Below are positions 19,612 through 28,321 of a stretch of DNA of 64,000 bases, in pieces. The stretch spans positions 3,636 through 67,635 of the forward strand of contig CBDUZO010000008.1 in the NCBI GenBank assembly GCA_965371725.1, given 5' to 3'. Made by a program: the position numbers and the translations under genes. How positions within the stretch are numbered: the stretch's first letter is position 1; every line of letters begins with the position of its first letter. Source of the DNA: an uncultured Phycisphaerales bacterium (GTDB lineage Bacteria; Planctomycetota; Phycisphaerae; UBA1845). Under the pieces are notes generated by a model. That model made no database searches, was not told the DNA's origin, and saw nothing but the letters and a program-made list of their open reading frames with translations.

Positions 19612-19980
19612 TCACGGATGCCCCGGACAGGCCCCAGGACCGTGGGACTGACAGGCCGCCCCGGAATCGTCGATCTGCCCTCCCAGCCACGCTTCGGCCA
19701 CTTGGCGCATATCACCCGCGCAGCCTCGAACGACCTCGATCCCGTTGCTCGACAGGACGTTCACCGCTCCGCCGCCCATGCTTCCGGCCAACATCACCGA
19801 CACCCCCATGCTTGCAAGCTGCGGGATGACGTTCGATTTGCATCCGCAACCGGGTGAGGGAGTCAACGTCTCCTCCGATACGATCTTGTTCTCGTCGTCC
19901 ACGGTGAAGATGGTGAAGCACTGGCAGTGTCCGAAATGGTCATCAACCTCCTTGCCATCTGACGGTAATGCGATCTTCAT
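19612..19980 (-). CDS. NifB/NifX-family (dinitrogenase FeMo-cofactor biosynthesis domain) protein
   Basis: Start at internal ATG 19980 with a TGGAGA RBS. MKIALPSDGKEVDDHFGHCQCFTIFTVDDENKIV... fits the MKIA.ps.g..v..HFGha..f N-terminus of PF02579 proteins. The long upstream extension in the track ORF overlaps yciH antisense. Confidence 0.7.
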   Translation of the reverse strand: MKIALPSDGKEVDDHFGHCQCFTIFTVDDENKIVSEETLTPSPGCGCKSNVIPQLASMGVSVMLAGSMGGGAVNVLSSNGIEVVRGCAGDMRQVAEAWLGGQIDDSGAACQSHGPGACPGHP

Positions 19981-20196
19981 GGAATCTCCAGGTTCCTTAT
20001 CTGTTGACATCCTCATCCATCGACGAAAGATTTTTTCGGCCATCCCCCAATAGGCAGCTGCCTCATCCAGGGTCATCAAGCCTTCGCCGGCCATCGCCCC
20101 GGAGTGTATCTGAGTTGATCGGGAGCACAAGCAGCATTGAGGTGGGCTTCCGAAAGCGCGTCGAACACGCGGCAGGAAGCGTGTACGATCCTCCAA

Positions 20197-20553
20197 ATGT
20201 CGGGCTTGTTTGATGGAACACCGCTGGAGCGCCCCGTCACCTGCGAGGTGTGCGAACAACCCTTGGCGCAGTGTGCCTGCCCACGTAGCAAATCGGGCGC
20301 TGTCCTGCTGCCCAAGGACCAATTTGCCAGCGTTGGCCGAGAGAAACGCCGCAAGGGCAAGACCATGACCGTCATCAGAGGGCTCAACCCTGTCGCGTTG
20401 AACTTGGACACCATTCTGGCGAAGTTGAAATCGGCCTGCGCCGCCGGTGGCACGATCAACCAGGGCAGAATCGAAATCCAGGGCGATCACCGCGAGCGAG
20501 CCTTGTCGATTCTGCGAGACCTCGGTTACCCTGCTAATCTGAGCGGCGGGTAG
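20197..20553 (+). CDS. yciH: SUI1/YciH-family translation initiation factor-like protein
   Basis: Starting at ATG 20197: MSGLFDGTPLERP...VGREKRRKGKTMTVIRGLNP...LKSACAAGGTINQGRIEIQGDHRERALSILRDLGYPANLSGG. This carries the characteristic RKGK.VTvI.Gl / GGt...g.IeiQGDhr pattern. Confidence 0.85.
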   Translation: MSGLFDGTPLERPVTCEVCEQPLAQCACPRSKSGAVLLPKDQFASVGREKRRKGKTMTVIRGLNPVALNLDTILAKLKSACAAGGTINQGRIEIQGDHRERALSILRDLGYPANLSGG

Positions 20554-20595
20554 CGAAGAGTTCTATCACGGTATCCGACGGAACGTTGGCCGACT

Positions 20596-21132
20596 ATGCG
20601 CGGTGATGAAGAACTGATGCTAGCCGTCGCCGAGGGCGATCTGGAAGCTTTCGAGCAGATCGTCTTGCGGCATCAGAAGAACGCGTGGAGTGCTGCATAT
20701 CGCTTCCTGGGGCACCACGCGGAGGCCGAAGATGTTGCCCAGGAGGCTTTCCTGAGGATCCTCGGCGCAGCGCCACGCTACCGGCCTACCGCGAGTTTCC
20801 GAACCTACCTGTATCGGGTCGTCACACGCCTGTGTCTCGACCGGGCCCGGAAAGCTCGCCCCGTCGTAGCCAACGACCTGGCGGACACTGCTACCGATGA
20901 CCATTCCACGCTGAATGAGATGATCGAACGGGATAGAGATCGGGCCGTCCGCCGTGCTCTCGCCAGTCTGCCATCGAGACAGCGCATGGCCATCGTCCTG
21001 AGGTATTTCGAGGGTTTGGCCTGCCGCCAGGTTGCGTCGGCGATGCAACTCTCGCCCAAGGCGGTCGAGAGGCTGCTCGCCCGTGCCAGGAACACACTCC
21101 AGAAGCTCTTGAAGGATCTGCTGCGGGAGTAG
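20596..21132 (+). CDS. ECF-type RNA polymerase sigma-70 family factor
   Basis: 178 aa. Region 2 (AEDVAQEAFLRILG...FRTYLYRVVTRLCLDRAR) and region 4 (LPSRQRMAIVLRYFEGLACRQVASAMQLSPKAVERLLARAR) are present. Confidence 0.9.
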   Translation: MRGDEELMLAVAEGDLEAFEQIVLRHQKNAWSAAYRFLGHHAEAEDVAQEAFLRILGAAPRYRPTASFRTYLYRVVTRLCLDRARKARPVVANDLADTATDDHSTLNEMIERDRDRAVRRALASLPSRQRMAIVLRYFEGLACRQVASAMQLSPKAVERLLARARNTLQKLLKDLLRE

Positions 21133-21191
21133 ATTTCTTGCGGGGGATTTCGAAGATTCGCCCGTTTGTTGATATTGGAGGACGCGTGACG

Positions 21192-21701
21192 ATGCGCTGC
21201 AAGAAAACGCGAGAAAAGCTGGACGTCTACCTGGCCGGTGAGCTACCGCGTCGCGTGCAGGAGAAAGTGAAGATCCATCTCGAATCCTGCCATGATTGTC
21301 AGGACGCGCTGATTGGTTTGCGGCGGTTGGCGGCTGTTCTCGAGAATGCTCCCGCCCCGCCGGTTCCGAAGGGCTTCGCGGGCCGCGTGATGGCACGGGC
21401 CTGTGGTCGCGTGGGGCAGAGAAGGCCCTTCTGGGCAACGGTCGAGCTGCCTTTTCGCTGGTGGATGGAGTCAGCCTTTCCCCTGCGCGTCGGAACGGCG
21501 GCCGTGCTGACCCTCGGGCTCACGGTGGGTCTGCTGATGGGTTGGGATACAGCGCGCGGACGAGCGGCCTGCGGGCCCGCGCCGGAGGATGCTGACCTCC
21601 TTGCTGTCTACAACGTTGACTATCTCGAGGAGGCGCCGAGCGGCTCCTTGGCCGAGGCTTATCTAGCCCTAGCGTCGGGGCGCAACGGAGAGAGGCCGTA
21701 G
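21192..21701 (+). CDS. Anti-sigma factor (zf-HC2 type) with one TM segment
   Basis: ATG 21192 is preceded by GGAGGA. MRCKKTREKLDVYLAGELP...HLESCHDCQDAL gives the H-x3-C-x2-C motif. Hydrophobic segment AVLTLGLTVGLLMGW. It lies immediately downstream of the ECF sigma gene. Confidence 0.8.
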   Translation: MRCKKTREKLDVYLAGELPRRVQEKVKIHLESCHDCQDALIGLRRLAAVLENAPAPPVPKGFAGRVMARACGRVGQRRPFWATVELPFRWWMESAFPLRVGTAAVLTLGLTVGLLMGWDTARGRAACGPAPEDADLLAVYNVDYLEEAPSGSLAEAYLALASGRNGERP

Positions 21702-21703
21702 CC

Positions 21704-22213
21704 ATGGCGAAACAGATCGGCGTGATACTGATCGTGTTATCAGTCGCTTTGAACGTGGCGTTCATCGGGACTTGGGTTGCCCAAGCGTTTCCCGCTAACC
21801 GAGATGGCATCCATGCACCGGCCGCGGAAGACGCGATCTGGTGTCCGTTGCATCGCAAGTTGGGAACGACCCGGCAGCAATGGGCGCTGATTGAGCCGCG
21901 TCTGAAGGAATTCAAGGAGGCCACACAGAAGCTGTGTGCCACGATCAACGAAGCGAGGCGCGAGATGATCGACCTGATCGCGGTTGACGAGCCGAATCGC
22001 GAGGCGATCCTCGCCAAGCGTGAGCAGATCCTGGCCGGCCAGCGCAAGATGCAGGGGCTAGTCATCGATCGCCTTCTGAGTGAGAAGGAGATCCTGACAG
22101 GGGAACAACAGGCTGAGCTTTTCGCTCTGATGCGGAAGCGCGCCGGCTGTGCGGGCCAGGGTCCCATGAAGCATTGGATGCAGGGTGACGGAAATGGTCA
22201 GGACCGGCCGTGA
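21704..22213 (+). CDS. Spy/CpxP-like periplasmic protein (LTXXQ motif)
   Basis: Signal/TM segment MAKQIGVILIVLSVALNVAFIG, a helical body, and LTGEQQAELFALM (LTXXQ). It starts 3 nt after the anti-sigma stop. Confidence 0.65.
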   Translation: MAKQIGVILIVLSVALNVAFIGTWVAQAFPANRDGIHAPAAEDAIWCPLHRKLGTTRQQWALIEPRLKEFKEATQKLCATINEARREMIDLIAVDEPNREAILAKREQILAGQRKMQGLVIDRLLSEKEILTGEQQAELFALMRKRAGCAGQGPMKHWMQGDGNGQDRP

Positions 22214-22261
22214 TCGGTCGTTTCCGGCAACGTTCTGGTTGGTCCCCAGGAGATACCGTGT

Positions 22262-23527
22262 GTGCCACATGATCGCGGAGAAGCACCGTTGAAGCGAACG
22301 AACAGGAGACGCGTTCTCTGGATCATCCCGCTGATCGCGATCGGGGCGATCGGCAGCGTATGGTGGAAGCCTTGGCGTGATGCAAGTGCCGACAATCCCT
22401 CTTCGTCGACTACGGAAGTCATCCGGCGGGACTTCTCCTCCTCTGTGCTGGCCACCGGCGCCGTGAAGCCTCAGGTCGGTGCGGAAGTTCGCGTTGGCGC
22501 ACGTATCTCCGGCAAGGTCGAACAGTTGCACGCCAACATCGGCGACTTCGTAGAAAAGGGGCAAGTTGTGGCGGAGTTGGAAAAAGCCGACCTCGTTGCA
22601 GTGGTTGATCAACGGCGGGCGGAGTTGGCGATCAGCGAAGCCAAGCTATCAGCCGTGGAGACCCTGCTTCCGCAAGAGATCGAGATGGCGGAGGCGGAAC
22701 TGGCACAGACTGAGGCGACCGTCGAACTGGCCCGGAAGGAAATGGCGCGCCAGGACGAGTTGCGGGAAGGGGAGATGACGGCACAACTCGAATGGGACCG
22801 GGCGGAGGAGCGGCTAGGCGTGGCGGAAGCCCGACTCGCAGTGACTGCGACGGCACTGCGGCTAGCCGGGGCACGCTACGACGAAAACCTGAAGCAGGCC
22901 CGAGCCGATGTCGTTCGAGCAAGAGCCGCTCTGGAGTACGCCCGGATTCATCTTTCCTACGCCACCATCACGGCTCCGATCGAGGGCGTGGTCGGCTCGG
23001 TCTCAACTCAGGAGGGCGAGACGGTTGCCGCAGGGTTGAATGCTCCCACGTTCGTAACGATCATCGATCTGAACCGCCTGCAGGTGGACGCATATGTCGA
23101 TGAAGTCGATATCGGCCAAGTTCATGTCGGCCAACAGGCGGCTTTCACGGTGGACACATTTCCGGCCCGGGAATTCAAGGGACGGATAGTCGCGATCTAC
23201 CCAAATGCCGTCATTCAAGAAAACGTTGTGAATTACGACGTGGTGGTCGAGATTGCCTCGGACTACAACGAACTGCTCCGGCCGGAAATGACAGCCAGCG
23301 TGACGATTTCCCTCGAAAGTCGGTCAAACGTACTCGCTGTGCCAACCGCTGCCGTGAAGAGAGAACGCGGTAAGAACATCGTCTGGATCCCAACTGACGG
23401 CGGCCCCGAGCCACGTGAGATCACAGTCGGCTGGAAGGACGGACAGTGGATCGAGATCGTCGAAGGCCTTGATGAAGGAGAGACCGTGCTGCTGGGCGGA
23501 GTTCTCGCCGAACGGACGGACCAATGA
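22262..23527 (+). CDS. Efflux periplasmic adaptor subunit (HlyD/MacA-like)
   Basis: GTG start with an AGGAGA RBS, an N-terminal TM (VLWIIPLIAIGAIGSVWW), a lipoyl-like segment (GKVEQLHANIGDFVEKGQVVAELE), a long coiled coil, and a beta-barrel segment (ITAPIEGVVGSV...). Confidence 0.85.
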   Translation: MPHDRGEAPLKRTNRRRVLWIIPLIAIGAIGSVWWKPWRDASADNPSSSTTEVIRRDFSSSVLATGAVKPQVGAEVRVGARISGKVEQLHANIGDFVEKGQVVAELEKADLVAVVDQRRAELAISEAKLSAVETLLPQEIEMAEAELAQTEATVELARKEMARQDELREGEMTAQLEWDRAEERLGVAEARLAVTATALRLAGARYDENLKQARADVVRARAALEYARIHLSYATITAPIEGVVGSVSTQEGETVAAGLNAPTFVTIIDLNRLQVDAYVDEVDIGQVHVGQQAAFTVDTFPAREFKGRIVAIYPNAVIQENVVNYDVVVEIASDYNELLRPEMTASVTISLESRSNVLAVPTAAVKRERGKNIVWIPTDGGPEPREITVGWKDGQWIEIVEGLDEGETVLLGGVLAERTDQ

Positions 23528-23536
23528 GGTGCCATT

Positions 23537-24271
23537 GTGATTGAAATGGAAGGTATCGAGAAAACTTACGGAAACGGAGTCATTACGACTCCGGTGCTTA
23601 AGGATGTGTCTTTTCGGGTTGAGCGCGGGGAATATGTGGCAATCATGGGGGCCTCCGGGACGGGCAAGTCCACGCTCATGAACATCTTGGGATGCCTCGA
23701 CAAGCCCACTGCCGGCCATTACCGGCTGGACGACGTGGACATGGTGAATCTGGACGACGATGCCCTGTCGCACGCGCGCAACAGTAAGATCGGGTTCGTC
23801 TTTCAGCAGTTCCACCTGCTCGATCGTGCGCAGGCCCTCAGAAACGTCACGCTGCCGCTCATCTATGCGGACGATTACCCCGAGGATGCCGAGGACCTCG
23901 GCAAGAGAGCGTTGACCGAAGTGGGGTTGGCCGACCGGATGCACTACAAACCGAGCGAGCTTTCCGGCGGGCAGCAGCAGCGGGTGGCAATCGCTCGCGC
24001 GCTCATCACCAACCCTGCGATTATCTTAGCAGATGAGCCGACCGGCAACCTTGACAGCGCAAGCGGCGCCGAGGTGATGGCGATCTTCATGCGTCTGCAC
24101 CGTGAGGGACGAACGATCATTGTGGTCACGCATAACCGGGTCGTGGCCGAACATGCCAACCGGATCATTGTCCTGAAAGATGGAACAATCGCCGAGGACG
24201 GGCCCGTCCGGCAGCCGCGCGACGCGGAAGTCGAATCGGAATCCTCGGCCGGTCGGGAGGCCAGAGAATGA
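23537..24271 (+). CDS. ABC transporter ATP-binding protein (MacB/LolD-type)
   Basis: Walker A GASGTGKST, signature LSGGQQQRVAIARAL, Walker B IILADEPTGNLD. GTG start with a GAGG RBS. Confidence 0.92.
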   Translation: MIEMEGIEKTYGNGVITTPVLKDVSFRVERGEYVAIMGASGTGKSTLMNILGCLDKPTAGHYRLDDVDMVNLDDDALSHARNSKIGFVFQQFHLLDRAQALRNVTLPLIYADDYPEDAEDLGKRALTEVGLADRMHYKPSELSGGQQQRVAIARALITNPAIILADEPTGNLDSASGAEVMAIFMRLHREGRTIIVVTHNRVVAEHANRIIVLKDGTIAEDGPVRQPRDAEVESESSAGREARE

Positions 24272-25476
24272 GGATCCTTCGACCTGCGCAGGAGGGCATG
24301 ACCGCTCTTGCGGCCAACAAACTACGGTCGTTCTTCATGATGGCCGGGACCATCGTCGGCATCGCCGCCCTTACGGTTATCATGGCCATCGGCAAGGGGA
24401 CGGAGAAGAAGATCATGAAGCGAGTGGAGAACTTCGGCCCGCGCGCCATGATGCTGATCGCCGGCGGCGGGAAGGACCTCCCCCCGCCCGACATGACGGT
24501 CACGACCCTGACCCTGGATGACGCACAAGCTGTCCGAGAGCACATCGAAGACATCGACATTGTCTCCCCGATGGCCTGGAGCTTCCGAATGAACGTGAAG
24601 CGAGACGCCAATCAGTACCAGGCCGTGCTCTGGGGCGTGGAACCGAGTTGGCACGAGGCTTGGAACTGGTACGCGGTCGAGGGTGAGGGGATCGCACATC
24701 AGGACGTGGCCACCATGGCGAGAGTCTGCGTGATCGGACAGACCATCCAGCGCGAGCTTTTCGCAGACGCCGATCCCGTCGATGAGACTATCTACGTCAA
24801 CAAAGTGCGCCTCACCGTCAAGGGTGTTCTGGAAAGACGCGGGGCAAGTCCGATGGGAACCGATTTTGACAATCGTGTCATTGTTCCGATCACGACGGCC
24901 ATGCGACGTATCATGAACATCGATCATGTCGGAGCGATACGTGTAATCACGAGAAACGCCTCCTTGATGCCCACACAGGCAGAAGGCATCCGCGCCTTAA
25001 TCCATGAGCGTCATCACATCACGGCGCCGGAAGAGGACGACTTCCGTATCGTCTCTCCGATGGTCATTGCGGAGCTGGCGCGTGGAACATCAAGAACGCT
25101 GTCCATCCTACTTATCGCCCTGGCGGGTCTCAGTCTGCTCGTCGGTGGAATTGTCTTGATGAACATCCTGCTGATCTCAGTGAGCGAGCGGGTGAAGGAA
25201 ATCGGTCTGCGCCGCGCCGTGGGGGCCACGCGCCGGGACATCTTCGTCCAGTTTCTCACGGAATCCCTCTCGGTCACACTGCTGGGCATGTTTCTGGGAA
25301 GCGGCCTTGGCTGGGCGATCAGCCTGCTATTGATCAAGATTGCCCGGTTCCCGGCCGTGATCTCATGGGAGCCGTTCGCTCTTGCTGTCGCATTTGCGCT
25401 TTTGGTCGGCACTCTCTTTGGCGTGCAGCCGGCCCGGCGCGCAGCGACGCTGCACCCGGTCGAGGCGTTGCGGTGA
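24268..25476 (+). CDS. ABC transporter permease (MacB/FtsX-like), copy 1
   Basis: ATGA overlap with the ATPase stop. N-terminal MacB_PCD region and C-terminal FtsX TM bundle (LLISVSERVKEIGLRRAVGATRRDIFVQFLTES...). Confidence 0.9.
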   Translation: MRILRPAQEGMTALAANKLRSFFMMAGTIVGIAALTVIMAIGKGTEKKIMKRVENFGPRAMMLIAGGGKDLPPPDMTVTTLTLDDAQAVREHIEDIDIVSPMAWSFRMNVKRDANQYQAVLWGVEPSWHEAWNWYAVEGEGIAHQDVATMARVCVIGQTIQRELFADADPVDETIYVNKVRLTVKGVLERRGASPMGTDFDNRVIVPITTAMRRIMNIDHVGAIRVITRNASLMPTQAEGIRALIHERHHITAPEEDDFRIVSPMVIAELARGTSRTLSILLIALAGLSLLVGGIVLMNILLISVSERVKEIGLRRAVGATRRDIFVQFLTESLSVTLLGMFLGSGLGWAISLLLIKIARFPAVISWEPFALAVAFALLVGTLFGVQPARRAATLHPVEALR

Positions 25477-25566
25477 AAGCCTCACGCAACATCATTCTCT
25501 CCCTGGAGATCCTCGCCGCACACAAGACCCGCACAGTACTCAGTGTGGTCGGGATCGTCATCGGCG
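25422..25566. repeat. 145-bp direct repeat, copy 1 (3' end of permease 1 plus the first 31 codons of permease 2)
   Basis: Identical to 26662-26806 except at two positions (25443 a/c and 25446 g/a). Both differences are synonymous third-codon positions in the permease-1 frame. The offset is exactly 1240 bp. Confidence 0.9.
25473..25566 (+). pseudogene. Orphaned 5' fragment of the permease-2 gene
   Basis: GTG 25473 (GTGA overlap) followed by VKASRNIILSLEILAAHKTRTVLSVVGIVIG. This is identical to the start of the intact gene at 26713. After 25566 the frame runs into unrelated sequence. Confidence 0.8.
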
Positions 25567-25820
25567 GGCCGCGCCTCGAACGCCGTGCGGCGTCTCCGCA
25601 CGCGACCGCCGGTCGCCGAGAATGGCGGGTTCATTACGATGGCGTCGTAGAGCTTGTCCGCCGGAAGAAGATTGTCGAGACGTTCGGCGTCAAACGCCGT
25701 CGGCGTGCTGAATTGCTGGAACTCAACCCGAAAACCGTTGGTCTTCAACGTCCGACACGGGGGTCGGACGCTACGTTCTCCCTGAACTTGAACCTCATCG
25801 CGACGCGTTTGCCGCGGCAA
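25567..25820 (-). pseudogene. Internal fragment of an N6-adenine DNA methyltransferase (conjugative-element type)
   Basis: The reverse frame reads ...EFQQFSTPTAFDAERLDNLLPADKLYDAIVMNPPFSATGGRV... with the NPPF catalytic motif. It is cut off abruptly at the 25566/25567 junction. Confidence 0.55.
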
Positions 25821-25939
25821 TCGCGCCTGCTCGGCGACGAGCTACTCAATTGCGGCGTGCTCCCTACTCGGTCGCTCTCCGCTTCCCGGGTCGGTCTCAC
25901 CTCCGTCGCGTTCCCCCGCCAAACGCGACGGAGGCCACG

Positions 25940-26518
25940 CTATTTGCGCGTGGCGGTGATCTCGAGGATCACCCACTCCTTCCCATCGGAACCCTTGGCG
26001 AACCCCCGCGCAATGTTCTTGTCGTTGCTGACGATCTCAAGGGTTGACTTGGCCTCCCCGGTGAACGTGAACACCTTGCGGGAGGCATCACAGGTCCCCA
26101 GCGAGGTTTCGAATCCAGTACCCAGGGTATCCATATGAATGTTAAAGTACTTCTTCTGCGTCTTGTCATACCCCATGATGCTGAAGACCGCGTAGGGCAT
26201 GTTATTGAAGACGGTGCCCTTGTATTCCTCTGTGAGGAAGCGTCCGTTGAGGATCCACTTTTTCTCGATCGTTCCGGTCGACTCGTGTGGCGCGGTACCC
26301 GGGGCGGTCCAGTACTTGACCGAGCAGTTCCAACTCCCGGCCAAGGGCTTCAAGTAACCATGAAACTTGCCGGGCGCGGCCACCTCCATCATCGCCTTGA
26401 TCTGGGCCTCCTGGTCCTGCCCTCCTCTGGTGCCCTTGTCCTGCGAGAGGACGTGGGTGCTCACAAGTGTTATGACGGCGAGGAACACCGCCCCACCAAA
26501 CCATGCACGCAACTTCAT
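25940..26518 (-). CDS. DUF1579-like secreted protein
   Basis: 192 aa with a signal peptide (MKLRAWFGGAVFLAVITLVSTHVLS). The body (...LAGSWNCSVKYWTAPG...KKWILNGRFLTEEYKG...YAVFSIMGYDKTQKKYF...) fits the lipocalin-like DUF1579 pattern. Confidence 0.6.
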   Translation of the reverse strand: MKLRAWFGGAVFLAVITLVSTHVLSQDKGTRGGQDQEAQIKAMMEVAAPGKFHGYLKPLAGSWNCSVKYWTAPGTAPHESTGTIEKKWILNGRFLTEEYKGTVFNNMPYAVFSIMGYDKTQKKYFNIHMDTLGTGFETSLGTCDASRKVFTFTGEAKSTLEIVSNDKNIARGFAKGSDGKEWVILEITATRK

Positions 26519-26661
26519 GTTTCGATTCCTTACGGGTTAAAGACAAAGCTCGATGTCCCGGACGTCCGCCGACATTATACCGCCCCGAGAGCCCGTCCGG
26601 AAGCCCCGCCCATGTCTCACCCTATCGCCCGTCGCCCCGCGTTTCTGGCGGGCAAGCGGAT

Positions 26662-26806
26662 CGTGCAGCCGGCCCGGCGCGCCGCAACGCTGCACCCGGT
26701 CGAGGCGTTGCGGTGAAAGCCTCACGCAACATCATTCTCTCCCTGGAGATCCTCGCCGCACACAAGACCCGCACAGTACTCAGTGTGGTCGGGATCGTCA
26801 TCGGCG
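26662..26806. repeat. 145-bp direct repeat, copy 2
   Basis: See copy 1. It is preceded by unrelated sequence and followed by the rest of the intact permease-2 gene. Confidence 0.9.
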
Positions 26807-27930
26807 TGGCGTCGGTCGGGCTGGTGGTTTCCGCCGGCAAGGGAGCGGAGAAGAGCATCCTGGATCGCATCCGCGACATGGGCACGAATCTTATCGTCGT
26901 AAACGCAGGGCAGACACGGATCATTGCCGGCCGGCAGCGTCAGATGGCTAGCGTAACAACGCTGGTTCCCGAGGATGCCGAGGCAATCGCGGACCGGTGC
27001 CCATCGGTGGCACTGGCCGCACCAGCGGTCTTGAAGAAGATGTCGGCCCGATGGGAATCAGAAAACACCAACACGAACGTAGTTGGGATGACCGCGGATG
27101 GGATTCACATACGCAACATCGTGATCGCGCAGGGGGATCTCTTCTCCCCGGAAGAGAACCGGGCGAGAAGGCGGATTGCGGTCCTCGGCACGACCGTGGC
27201 TACGAACCTCTTTGGCAACACAGATCCAATCGGGCTGAATTTCCGGATTGGTCGCGTGCCTTTCGAGGTGATCGGTGTAGCCGCGCCCAAGGGTGTGGAT
27301 GCCAACGGCGCGGACCAGGACGACTTGATCATCGTCCCGCTTGAGACTGCGATGCGGCGTCTCATCAACGTCACACACATTCACACGGTCTACGTTCAGG
27401 CGCGGGAAACGACAGTTCTCGAACGTGCCGAAGAGGAGATCCGCGAACTCTTGCGCCAGCGGCATCGACTGCGAGACAAACCCGATGATTTCACGATACA
27501 GAATCAGGCCACGCTACTGGAAACCGAACGCGATACGGCTCGCTCCATCACGCTTCTCGTAGGCAGTGTGGCCGGCATTTCGCTACTTGTCGGCGGGGTC
27601 GGGATCCTGGCGGTGATGTTGATCTCTGTCCGGGAGCGCACTGGGGAGATCGGGCTCCGAAGGGCCGTCGGGGCGCGTCGTCGTGACATCAGGAACCAGT
27701 TCCTGGTCGAATCGGGCATGCTTGCCGGTTCCGGTGGCTTCGTGGGGGTCATCGGGGGACTTGCCGCTGCTCTTACCGTCTCTGGATTGGGCTACTGGCA
27801 CATGGTGATCTCGTGGCCGGCGTGGGCAGTTGGCTTCATCTTCTCCGTAGCGGCGGGCGTTGCCTTCGGCATCTACCCCGCAGTTCGCGCCGCCCGGCTC
27901 GTGCCGATCCAGGCACTCAGAGCTGAATGA
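26713..27930 (+). CDS. ABC transporter permease (MacB/FtsX-like), copy 2
   Basis: GTG 26713. VKASRNIILSLEILAAHKTRTVLSVVGIVIGVASVGLVVSAGKG..., with a C-terminal FtsX bundle (MLISVRERTGEIGLRRAVGARRRDIRNQFLVES...). The upstream part of track ORF 26503 is non-coding. Confidence 0.88.
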   Translation: MKASRNIILSLEILAAHKTRTVLSVVGIVIGVASVGLVVSAGKGAEKSILDRIRDMGTNLIVVNAGQTRIIAGRQRQMASVTTLVPEDAEAIADRCPSVALAAPAVLKKMSARWESENTNTNVVGMTADGIHIRNIVIAQGDLFSPEENRARRRIAVLGTTVATNLFGNTDPIGLNFRIGRVPFEVIGVAAPKGVDANGADQDDLIIVPLETAMRRLINVTHIHTVYVQARETTVLERAEEEIRELLRQRHRLRDKPDDFTIQNQATLLETERDTARSITLLVGSVAGISLLVGGVGILAVMLISVRERTGEIGLRRAVGARRRDIRNQFLVESGMLAGSGGFVGVIGGLAAALTVSGLGYWHMVISWPAWAVGFIFSVAAGVAFGIYPAVRAARLVPIQALRAE

Positions 27931-28235
27931 CCGGGCGCATCCGTCCGGTTCAACAAGAGCTTGCACGTCGCGTCCATGAACACGAACGCGTCTATTCCCA
28001 AGGCGCTGGCCTGCTGGCGCGTCGTGCGCGAGGTACTGGCCCCGGTTTCTGAAGAGGATTCGGACCCGCCGGATCACGAATTAAACCGGGGCGTGTTCCG
28101 CAAGGTCGGCCGGACGCGCTTCGACCCCCTTTGGCCCAGCAGGGGCAGTCGTGGCACGAACGCGGGATGGCTGCGGTCTTATTCGGACGTTTGGCAATCA
28201 GGTCCGGTGTACCGCTCTTGCAGCCCAAGGGCGGC

Positions 28236-28264
28236 TTGACAGGGACTTGTGGAGGTTGTACACT
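28236..28264 (+). promoter_or_regulatory. Putative sigma-70-type promoter upstream of abiEi
   Basis: TTGACA (28236-28241), a 17-nt spacer, then TACACT (28259-28264). It lies 58 nt upstream of ATG 28322. Confidence 0.4.
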
Positions 28265-28321
28265 ACTTTGCTGAAAGGGATGTATTATGACCCGCTATGC
28301 AAACGGTATCGCGAGTCGACA

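Noticed and set aside
19981-20490. The upstream extension of the NifX-like ORF, including an HTH-looking MAGEGLMTLDEAAAYWGMAEKIFRRW segment
   Set aside because: It overlaps the well-supported yciH gene on the opposite strand, and a good RBS precedes the MKIALPSDG start. The short HTH resemblance is probably coincidental.
25365-26716. Track ORFs 25365-26138 (257 aa) and 26135-26716 (193 aa)
   Set aside because: These are chimeric read-throughs. The first starts in the duplicated permease-2 stub and continues antisense through the methylase fragment and the DUF1579 gene. The second is antisense to DUF1579 and ends in the duplicated permease-1 tail.
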